This document shows positions 11,260-19,138 of a stretch of DNA of 32,000 bases, in pieces. The notes under the pieces are model-generated. The model saw only the letters and a list, made by a program, of their open reading frames with translations. It did not search any database and had not been told where the DNA came from. A program made the translations under genes and the position numbers. Origin of the DNA: Mycoplasmoides pneumoniae FH (lineage in GTDB: Bacteria; Bacillota_I; Bacilli_A; Mycoplasmatales; Mycoplasmoidaceae); NCBI RefSeq assembly GCF_001272835.1, contig NZ_CP010546.1:1-32000 (forward strand), read 5' to 3'. Positions within the stretch are counted from its first letter, which is position 1; the number at the start of each line of letters is the position of its first letter.

Positions 11260-12044
11260 TGGAATACTTTGATGCGCACTGTCACTTAAACTGTGAACCC
11301 CTACTGGAACAGCACGAAAAGAGTTTGGCCAACTTTAGGTTAATTGGGTTAAAGGCCAATGTTGTGGGCACTAATTTAACTAACTCCCAAATTGCGGTGA
11401 ATTTAGCTAAACAGCACCCTGATTTACTCAAGGCAGGGGTGGGTATTCACCCTAATGATGTCCAGCTTTTTGATTTAAAAGCAGCGCAAGCAACACTAGA
11501 AAAATTAGTAAGTACGCATCGCTCATTCATTAGTTGTATTGGTGAATATGGCTTTGATTACCACTACACTAAGGACTACATTACCCAACAAGAACAGTTC
11601 TTTTTGATGCAGTTCCAACTAGCAGAACAGTACCAGTTAGTGCACATGTTGCATGTCCGTGATGTGCACGAAAGGATATACGAAGTTTTGAAAAGGTTAA
11701 AACCTAAACAACCAGTGGTGTTTCACTGTTTTAGTGAAGACACCAATACTGCTTTAAAGCTGCTAACTTTAAGAGAAGTAGGACTAAAGGTTTATTTTTC
11801 GATTCCGGGGATTGTGACCTTTAAGAATGCGAAAAACTTGCAAGCCGCTTTATCAGTTATTCCAACAGAGCTACTTTTAAGTGAAACCGATTCGCCTTAT
11901 TTAGCACCAGTACCTTTTCGGGGCAAAACTAATTGACCGGAATGCGTTGTTCATACAGTGCAAACGATTGCTGACATTAAGCAAGTTCCTTTAGCTGAAA
12001 TAAAACAAGCGATTGTGCATAACGCCAAGAAGTTATTTTGGTAG
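11259..12044 (+). CDS. tatD: TatD-family metal-dependent hydrolase/DNase (261 aa)
   Basis: N-terminal DAHCHL metal motif and ETDSPYLAP. Extended through TGA 11934-11936 to TAG 12042-12044. The start overlaps the mnmE stop (TAATG). Confidence 0.85.
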
Positions 12045-12222
12045 TCCTTAGGATTAACTTTTAAAAGTTCTTCTTTTGTTGGAACCTTTTCACAACTTAT
12101 TCAATTTATTTAGTGTAGACATGAATAAAAATGCATACACTAGAAAAAATTAGTTCCTGATTAAAGGGGAATCCTTATTTAAACAAAATTGTAAGTAGTA
12201 GTTTTCTCAACCTCTTTAAAAA

Positions 12223-12231
12223 GAAAGGAGG
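12223..12231 (+). promoter_or_regulatory. Strong Shine-Dalgarno (GAAAGGAGG), 9 nt before the DUF16 gene start
   Basis: GAAAGGAGG at 12223-12231, ATG at 12241. The same sequence and spacing occur at 14958-14966. Confidence 0.6.
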
Positions 12232-12240
12232 TATTGCTTA

Positions 12241-12636
12241 ATGGCTTACTCGCCTTCGCTTAACGACATTAAGAGCATTTTGAACAAATATACCTCTAAG
12301 GACTATGAGTTAAAATGCGAAAATAGGTATGATGGCAAGCTTGAATTATGATTAAAAGGAGTTTTTGAAGAAATCGTGAAAACACCTGGCACTAGGTACG
12401 TCACCCATAAGCAACTTGATGAAAAGCTCAAAAATTTTGTCACTAAAACAGAATTTAAAGAGTTCCAAACTGTAGTTATGGAGAGTTTTGCTGTTCAAAA
12501 CCAGAATATTGATGCTCAGGGTGAGCAGATCAAAGAACTTCAAGTTGAACAAAAAGCTCAAGGAAAGACCCTGCAATTGATACTTGAAGCTCTCCAGGGT
12601 ATAAACAAACGTCTAGACAACTTAGAGTCCAAATAA
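12241..12636 (+). CDS. DUF16-family coiled-coil protein (131 aa; MPN010-like, from memory)
   Basis: ATG 12241 with in-frame TGA 12349-12351. [14 protein letters not shown] box followed by heptad-repeat sequence [24 protein letters not shown]...LESK. The C-terminus is nearly identical to that of the 14976-15749 gene. Confidence 0.8.
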
Positions 12637-12654
12637 AAAACTAAAGCAGTTTTT

Positions 12655-12698
12655 ATACCAACAGTTGACTCTTAAAAAGTTTGCTGTCGGTATTTTTA
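12655..12698 (+). terminator. Hairpin plus T-tract downstream of the first DUF16 gene
   Basis: ATACCAACAG (12655-12664) pairs with CTGTCGGTAT (12684-12693) at 9 of 10 positions, followed by TTTT. Homologous to the structure after the second DUF16 gene. Confidence 0.45.
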
Positions 12699-12821
12699 TC
12701 CACTTCTAACAAAAAATCATTAAAAAACAGGCGACTAAAAAATCTTGAAGAACAACGTTAGGTTGTTCAAAGAATTTTGAACAATAAAAAACAAAACTAA
12801 GTTGAATTTTTAGTTAAGCCA

Positions 12822-13517
12822 TTACTCAATTAAATAGACTAAATATCTGAATAGATTAATTTGGTAGTTATCAACTATGTATTCAATATAACCATTAAGA
12901 ACTGTTTTGTCAAGAATTTTTTGACTAAGTTCATCTTTGCCTTTTAGTATTCAATGAAACGAAACAGATAACCTAATTCTTTTGGAATAGACATCAAAAT
13001 TTTTTGACGTAAATGGTAAATATGAATTCGCTTTAAGAGTAAGGAAACTGTTGAAATAATGTTTGTCACCTTTGTGGATATTGAATCCTCTGTAAGAATA
13101 ATTTTCATTTCATGTGAGAGTATGGTTCAACTTGGCTTTAACTGAAACATCGCTAATGCCTTTGTATGTCATGTTGAAATACTCAACTTTTTGTTTCTTA
13201 TTAAAAGTATTAACGCCTGAAAAAATCGATTTAGTTCAATTAAATAAATCAATACCGATTTCATTTTTTTCTGCACTTTGCTTTCAGGCATTTAGTAATA
13301 GTTCAGTAGTTTTTTCAGAGTTAACTTCGTAAGATTTTTTTAAATAACCTATTAAGATTTGTTTCCCTTCCGAAGTAATAATTAATTTAGAAACATCAAG
13401 GTCTTTACCATCTGTTTCCTTAATAAGATTTTTGAGATCAGCTTCGAAAGTGGCGCTACAAGCACTAAGAAATAAAACTGAAGATAATAGTGGGGTTAAT
13501 AAGAATTTAAATTTCAT
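12822..13517 (-). CDS. Putative lipoprotein (231 aa), paralog of the 13542-14249 gene
   Basis: Signal peptide [20 protein letters not shown] with lipobox L-S-A-C (Cys codon 13458-13460). I translated it manually on the minus strand through several in-frame TGA codons to TAA 12822-12824. Confidence 0.75.
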
Positions 13518-13541
13518 TAGCGCACGTAGTAAATTACTTAA

Positions 13542-14249
13542 TTAAGAAAAGCAAGTATCTAAAGAGATTAACTGTGTATTCAGAATTTGTTCTAGTATCA
13601 TAGCCTTCCAAAAAGATTTTCTTAAGATCTCTTTGACTTTGTTTATCTTGCCTTGCAATGATCAACTAAGTGAAACAGGGAACTCAATTCATTCTGTGTC
13701 AACGCCTTCCCCTGTCTTAGTAATGAAACTTATCGTTTTAGATTGGTTCTTTGAAGATGGCTTAATTGCAAGAGGAAGATCAAAAACATGTTTGTCACCT
13801 TTTTTGGCAGCAAACCCATTGGAAGAATAATTTCCATGCCAATTAAAGTTATAGTTCAACTTAGCATTTATCGAAAAATTATTAAGATCTTGATATTCCA
13901 TATCGAAATATTCAACTTTTAGTTCGATTTTTAAAGGATCATTGCCTGTTGCATAAATACCAACATCGGGAAAATTAATTTTCTCAATATCTATTTCACC
14001 TTTTTCCGCACTCTGTTTTCAGGCATCTAACAATAGTTTTGTGGTTTTATCAGGATTAACTTCGTAAGATTTCTTTAGAGAAGTTATTAAGTTTTTTCTG
14101 CCTTCAGAAGTTTTGATTACTTTGTACACATCAACGTCTTGTTTAGTGGTTTCTTGAATAAGATTTCTTAGATCAGACTGGATAGAAGCATAAGCACTAA
14201 ACAATAAAGTTGAAGATAAAAACGGAATTGAAAGGTATTTAAATTTCAT
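13542..14249 (-). CDS. Secreted/membrane protein (235 aa), lipoprotein paralog lacking the lipobox Cys
   Basis: [22 protein letters not shown]... Continuous on the minus strand through TGA codons (14019, 13689, 13662) to TAA 13542-13544. Clear similarity to the 12822-13517 product ([36 protein letters not shown]). Confidence 0.7.
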
Positions 14250-14360
14250 TGAGGTACAGAAAAACTAACTACGGCAATAGAACCTTTTTGGTAATGGTAA
14301 ATTTTATCTAGTGTTTTATTGTTTTTCAACTTAATTCAGTAAAAGCATCCACATCTAAAT

Positions 14361-14396
14361 AAAAAAGCCATCTGTTTAGGGCGAAAAGCAGATGAC
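14361..14396 (-). terminator. Minus-strand intrinsic-terminator-like hairpin with no annotated gene upstream of it
   Basis: Minus-strand RNA GUCAUCUG-(14 nt)-CAGAUGGC forms an 8-bp stem including one G-U pair, immediately followed by UUUUUU (the plus-strand A-run 14361-14366). Confidence 0.4.
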
Positions 14397-14957
14397 TAAA
14401 AATAATTTTTTAACGATTTAAAAGCTAACGGAGATTGTTAGTTTGATGTATAAGTAAAAATATGTTTTCTAAAAATTTATTAAGTTGGCCGGGAGCAGTA
14501 AAAACTTTTGATTCCAGCAGCTCTTCCTGCTCCCACTAAATAAATTGACTTGGTTTTACAAAGACGCCAAAAAGTTTGGAGCTTTTTGTAATTTAGTTTT
14601 TTAGCTTCTTCTAACTATTAAGAAATATTTACTTTTCTCAAAAGCTTTTGAAAGGTTTTTGTCACTTCGCTATTTTTAAAGGCATTTAAGAGATGTAAAT
14701 ACATCGCTTATGTTTCTAAATACTCTTAAAAATTTATTTGGGTGACTTGGATCGCTCTTGATGTTGTTTTGTTTGAAGTCTCTTTACTTTAAATTGCAAA
14801 AATTTTTAGCAATTTTATTGGCAGTTTTTGAAATTCTGGTCAATTTATTTAGTGAAGGAAAAATTATGTCTTTACTCAATATATTTATTAGATCAACGAT
14901 GATTTTGATCCTTGCTGGCAACAAAGTTGCACGTTTTAGTTTTCTAAACCTTGAGCA

Positions 14958-14966
14958 GAAAGGAGG
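14958..14966 (+). promoter_or_regulatory. Strong Shine-Dalgarno (GAAAGGAGG), 9 nt before the second DUF16 gene start
   Basis: Identical sequence and spacing to 12223-12231. Confidence 0.6.
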
Positions 14967-14975
14967 AATTTATTA

Positions 14976-15749
14976 ATGCCTAAAGTTATTTCCCAAAAGG
15001 AATTTAATATCCTTTCCCGGACAAAGGAAAGAGTTAATTTTCAAATTGTCTATACCAAGCAAAGAAATGATTTGCACAAAGCTGCTAAGGAGTACTTTTT
15101 TAAAGACAAAGACTTTACAATAATAGAAGATACACCGGACACACCTGACCAACCAGATGGACCATGTATTACTAAAGGCCCAAAGGAACCAGGTGGTCCT
15201 GAAGAGCCAAATGGTCCGGATAAACCAGAAGATCCTAAAGATCCTGATACGCCAGATGTTTCTGAAGGCCCTAAAGAACAAGGTGGTCAGAAAGATCCAG
15301 GTGGTCCGGATGATCCCAATGAAGGAAAGCAGAAAGTGTCCAAACCAGATAAATACGTAACCCACCGTGAGCTTGATGAAAAGCTTAAAGACTTTGCCAC
15401 CAAAGCTGATTTCAAACGCGTCGAAGACAAAGTTGATGTTTTATTTGAACTGCAAAAAACGCAAGGCGAACAAATAAAGGTTCAAGGTGAGCAGATCAAA
15501 GCTCAAGGAAAACAAATTGAACAATTAACTGAAACTGTCAAAGTGCAAGGCGAGCAGATTAGGGCTCAAGGAGAACAAATCAAAGCTCAGAGCGAAGAAA
15601 TAAAAGAAATTAAGGTTGAGCAAAAAGCCCAAGGCGAGCAAATCAAAGAACTTCAAGTAGAACAAAAAGCCCAAGGTAAAACCCTACAGTTAATTTTAAA
15701 GACGCTAGAAAAAATGAACGAGCGTCTAGAAAAATTGGAATCTAAATAG
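14976..15749 (+). CDS. DUF16-family protein with Pro/Asp/Glu-rich linker and expanded coiled coil (257 aa; MPN013-like, from memory)
   Basis: Uninterrupted ORF. Contains a [14 protein letters not shown] box, multiple QGEQIK(A/V) heptads and a C-terminal [27 protein letters not shown] matching the 12241-12636 product. Confidence 0.85.
   Translation: MPKVISQKEFNILSRTKERVNFQIVYTKQRNDLHKAAKEYFFKDKDFTIIEDTPDTPDQPDGPCITKGPKEPGGPEEPNGPDKPEDPKDPDTPDVSEGPKEQGGQKDPGGPDDPNEGKQKVSKPDKYVTHRELDEKLKDFATKADFKRVEDKVDVLFELQKTQGEQIKVQGEQIKAQGKQIEQLTETVKVQGEQIRAQGEQIKAQSEEIKEIKVEQKAQGEQIKELQVEQKAQGKTLQLILKTLEKMNERLEKLESK
15462..15677 (+). repeat. Degenerate 21-nt (heptad) tandem repeats inside the DUF16 gene
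   Basis: CAAGG(C/T)GA(A/G)CA(A/G)AT(A/C/T)AA(A/G)G.. units encode QGEQIKV / QGEQIKA / QGKQIEQ / QGEQIRA / QGEQIKA / QSEEIKE / QGEQIKE. Confidence 0.8.
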
Positions 15750-15767
15750 ATAACAATCAAAGCAAAA

Positions 15768-15814
15768 ATACCAGCAGTTGACCCTTATAGGTTATCTGTT
15801 GGTATTTTTATTTT
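15768..15814 (+). terminator. Hairpin plus T-tract downstream of the second DUF16 gene
   Basis: ATACCAGCAG (15768-15777) pairs with CTGTTGGTAT (15796-15805) with one G-U pair, followed by TTTTATTTT. Confidence 0.5.
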
Positions 15815-15850
15815 GGCGCTTACTAGTTCTTGTAACCATTTATTAGTTAA

Positions 15851-16489
15851 ATGGAACTTAGAAATACAAAATTAGAACAACTCTTTTACATCTATCACCG
15901 CAACCTGAAGTATAGATGTCCAATGCAGTACCTCACTAAAAGGGGCTTTAACTTACAAGACCTCTTGTCAGTTGGTGGTGGATTAGCTTACTTGGGCGAA
16001 AAACAGTGGTTAAATTTATCACTGTACAACTTTAACAACCAGTTAGTTGGTTTTTTAAGTCGGAAGGTAGGTTTTGAAAAGAAGTTCCTTTATTTACCTA
16101 TTAATAAACCACCAAGTAAAAGTGAATCTTTTTTAGGTTTAAAACACTTACCAACGGAAACGAACACCATTTACCTAGTTGAAGGTGATTTTGATTGGTT
16201 AGCTTTCCGTAAGGGTGGTATTTTGAACTGCTTGCCTTTATGTGGATTAACTTTATCAGATAAACAAATGAAGTTTTTTCAACAAAGTAAGATCGAAAAA
16301 GTGGTGCTTTGCTTAGACAATGATTTTGCTGGTAAAGTAGCTGCTGCTAACCTGGAACGCATTTTAAAAAATGCTGGTTTTCAGGTTAAGGTAGTTCAGC
16401 TAAAGGGTAAAGTTAAGGACTGAAATGAATTATTACTACTTTACCCGAAAAACTGAGCTAAAGCCTTAAGGGATCATTTGGCGCTTTAA
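15851..16489 (+). CDS. Toprim-domain DNA primase-related protein (212 aa), lacking zinc finger and helicase-binding domain
   Basis: DnaG-like segment YLTKRGF...LVGFLSRKV...KFLYLP, then Toprim acidic residues in IYLVEGDFDW and VVLCLDNDFAGKVAA. Extended through TGA 16421 and 16454 to TAA 16487-16489. Confidence 0.75.
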
Positions 16490-17323
16490 ATGATGTTTAA
16501 AGTGAGTTAAGGACGATTTAATAATTACCCTTGGTAGGTTTAAGTCAGGACACATTTTGGTTAGTGCCCTAGCACCAGCAGCATCCTCGATTTCATTGAC
16601 CACTATTCGGTTGTACTTATTTAAGAAGAAGTCAATGGCGTAGTAACCATGACCTAGCTTTTTAGCAATCCGTTTAATTTTGTGCTTCATGTATCACTTT
16701 AGTTTAAACAAATCAACAGCAGCATTTTGTGAGTAGTTAGCCCTAAAATCATCACCACTAGCAGTCCTTCTAATTGTTTTTAACACCTTACCAAACAAGA
16801 TGTAAGCCCGGTATTCCACTTTACCAATTGACAAAAATGGTTGGACAATCCACTCATTAGGATTTTGAATTGGTAACTGCTTAATTTCTTCCGCATTTTG
16901 AATTAAGTGCACATCTTCCCCACCATGAGAATCACGCTTTTTGATCACAATCGGAAAAGTCTTAATCTTTTTGGGATCAAAAATGGTGGTATCAACGGTC
17001 AAGAACTTATGCTGCTTTAACCACCTGTAAGTTTCATACTTATCATTGGCTACCAAAACGATATTTTGGGGATTAATGAGAAAACTGTTGAGAAAGTTGT
17101 GTTTGGTTAAAAAATCAATTCTGCGCGAACGGTTAATGATCAATTCCACATTTTTAATGTGTTTGTGATCAGCGGTTTCATCATCTAACAGCAAAATATG
17201 CCCAACTAGTTTTTTCTTGTTCAGTTCATCGACTAGTGCTTGAGCAAAGTGCTTGTTCTTGTCAAAATCGGTCTTATTGTAAACAACGAGTGCTTTTCTG
17301 TTTTTTAACTTAATTTTGGCCAT
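16466..17323 (-). CDS. ATP-grasp ligase, RimK-like (285 aa)
   Basis: Two minus-strand ORF pieces joined at TGA 16694-16696. Motifs FPIVIKKRDSHGGEDVHLI, WIVQPFL and VVNEIEDAAG fit the ATP-grasp layout. The 3' end overlaps the Toprim gene convergently by 24 nt. Confidence 0.75.
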
Positions 17324-18189
17324 TATGCGATTGATGCTAAAAGTTGAATGGCGAGGTTAGTTTTCAAATACATCGAGCTTTTGGTGAGCTGTACATTGGA
17401 ATTAACTTCGCAGAAAATTAACGAACGATCCTGGTCAAATAAAAAGTCAATGCCACAATAAAAGAGTTGCATTGCTTGGCTAATTGTAATTGCTAATTTG
17501 GTTTCTTCCTGACTTAGTTGATATGGTTCACCAACCGCTCCCTTATTTAAATTAGAGCGAAAATCACCCTCATTTTGAGTATGTAAGGCCCCAACTACCT
17601 GGTTATTGACCACAATTACCCTGACCGCTTCACTATTAGAAGTGGCAATGTATTGCTGCACAATGATCTGTTCAGTTAGCCCGCTTAAGGTTTGACGTAA
17701 CTTCTGTTCATCTTTGCACAAAAAAACGTAATCACCAAAAGAACCATAGATACTTTTGACAATCACTGGAAACTGAAAACAGCGCTTAATTTGTTCGATG
17801 AATTGTTCCAACTTTTCCGGATATCAAGCTAAACGAAAGTTCTGTGGGCCAATTAATGTAGGAATCTGTTTAATGGTTGGGTGTTGCGCTAAAACAGCAT
17901 GACTCAAGGCCTTATTGTCCGCGTTATTAATGGCAATCGAACTGTTAATAACGCGCAAACCAACTGATTCTAACCATTGCGCTAACGCTATGTTTTTATC
18001 CAAAAACAAAATGGTATTGGACTTAAAGGGTAGTTTGGTCTTATCCTGATTGGTATTAATATCAAAGCAAGTAAAGAAATCGAGTTGGATGTTTAAGCTC
18101 TGGGCTGCATCCTTTAACAGTTCCGTTTGGTTTAATTTGGAAGCAATGTTAGTAAAAGCAGGGTTATATACGGCGCTGATGTGCTTCAT
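17323..18189 (-). CDS. ATP-grasp ligase, RimK-like (288 aa), paralogous partner of the downstream gene
   Basis: Pieces joined at TGA 17824-17826. Motifs FPVIVKSIYGSFGDYVFLC, IVQQYI and FCEVNSN (Mg-binding E-x-N). The stop overlaps the next gene's ATG (TAATG on the minus strand at 17321-17325). Confidence 0.75.
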
Positions 18190-18973
18190 AAAGGACTCAA
18201 AGGTTTTTCATAATGGCTAACACAGTAAAGGGTCCTACCCCTCCAGGTGTGGGGCTTCACCATTTGGCAACTTTCTCTATCCCATTAGGATCGATGTCAC
18301 CACACAGTTTGTTTAAGGCATTACGTGATACCCCCACATCATAAAGAATAACACCTGGTTTAAAGTTAGTGGTCTTAAAGAAATGGGGCTTGCCAATGGC
18401 TGTGATCACCACGTCAGCGGTTTTAATTAGCTCCATGGTGTTGGGGGTATGCTTGTCACATCCCACCACCTGATGACCCGTTTCCTTTAAATAGTGAAAG
18501 ATCGGCCCGCCACCAGTGACGCCTAAACCCACCACCACAATCTGCTTGTTGGTGAAATCATGGTGAAAGTGTTCTTTCAAAATTAACACCGCTTCCACCA
18601 CACAGGACCTAATGGGTAGGGGGCAGTTACCAGTTAAGTAATCCACATCCTTGTAAGGATCAATTGCTTTTAAGAGCTTGTTTTGTTTTAAATGGGGATA
18701 CACTGGCAGTTGCAAGATAATCCCTGTTACCTCAGGATCAGTGTTGAGTTGTTGAATTTTTTCTAACAATTCTTTCTCAGTGACACTTTCGTGGTACTTA
18801 ATTAGTTCACTCTGGGCCCCTAGAGTATTACAAGCATTCATTTTTTGGCGAATAAAGGCATCAGATGACACATCATTATTAGTTTGCAGAATGACTAATT
18901 TGACCTGACTTCAATCCCTGTTTTTGTAAGTTAAAAGGATTTCGTGTGCTAGTTGCTTGCCATCAAAGGACAT
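18164..18973 (-). CDS. folD: Bifunctional methylene-THF dehydrogenase / methenyl-THF cyclohydrolase (269 aa)
   Basis: ATG at 18973 and TAA at 18164-18166, with in-frame TGA at 18911, 18257 and 18197. Motifs MSFDGKQLA, GIILQLP, VVGLGVTGGGP and TPGGVGPFT. Overlaps the next ATP-grasp gene by 26 nt. Confidence 0.88.
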
Positions 18974-19002
18974 CTCTTAAGTTGTTGTTTTTTGTCAAGC
19001 TA

Positions 19003-19046
19003 AACAAAAAACGCCTAACTTAATCTTATATGACTAGTTAGACGTT
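19003..19046 (-). terminator. Hairpin plus U-tract after the tRNA pair (minus strand)
   Basis: On the minus strand AACGUCUAAC pairs with GUUAGGCGUU (10 bp, one G-U), followed by UUUUUUG. Located between the tRNA-Ala 3' end and the folD start. Confidence 0.4.
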
Positions 19047-19057
19047 TGGATCTTTAA

Positions 19058-19133
19058 TGGTGGAGATGAAGGGTCTCAAACCCTCAACCTCCTGAGTGCA
19101 AATCAGGTGCTCTATCAGTTGAGCTACATCCCC
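19058..19133 (-). tRNA. tRNA-Ala (anticodon UGC), CCA encoded
   Basis: I folded the cloverleaf by hand: acceptor stem GGGGATG/CATCTCC with the G3:U70 alanine identity pair, anticodon loop TTTGCAC, T-arm GAGGG-TTTGAGA-CCCTT. Confidence 0.92.
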
Positions 19134-19138
19134 ATTAT

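Noticed and set aside
12056-12069. 14-bp A/T palindrome AACTTTTAAAAGTT after tatD as an intrinsic terminator.
   Set aside because: The stem is almost entirely A-T with no loop, so it is too weak to call. Possibly incidental in AT-rich DNA.
12750-12782. Two overlapping 7-bp hairpins (GAACAAC/GTTGTTC and GTTCAAA/TTTGAAC) downstream of the lipoprotein operon as its terminator.
   Set aside because: The stems are short and the U-run starts about 7 nt after the stem on the minus strand. Plausible, but not strong enough to list as a feature.
12352-13830. Short ORFs antisense to the first DUF16 gene and the lipoprotein genes (12352-12576 on the minus strand; 13114-13332 and 13633-13830 on the plus strand).
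   Set aside because: Each lies opposite a better-supported gene with a signal peptide, a paralog match or family motifs.
14710-14976. 88-codon (table 4) hydrophobic ORF ending in TAATG at the second DUF16 start; considered calling it a CDS.
   Set aside because: Not called as a gene. The homologous leader of the first DUF16 gene conserves the amino-acid sequence only over the last ~19 codons, and the frames are offset further upstream, so the conservation is mainly at nucleotide level. The idea is kept only as a uORF hypothesis in the findings.
14973-15365. 130-aa minus-strand ORF rich in W, F, R and I.
   Set aside because: It is the mirror image of the low-complexity Pro/Asp/Glu-rich linker of the DUF16 gene on the + strand. 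Low-complexity coding regions routinely leave the antisense frame open.
15851-16489. Primase-like gene next to the repeat-family islet as a marker of a prophage, ICE or plasmid remnant.
   Set aside because: No integrase, recombinase, replication initiator, att-like flanking direct repeats or phage structural genes occur within the window. From memory, the gene is conserved next to the ATP-grasp/folD block in M. genitalium.
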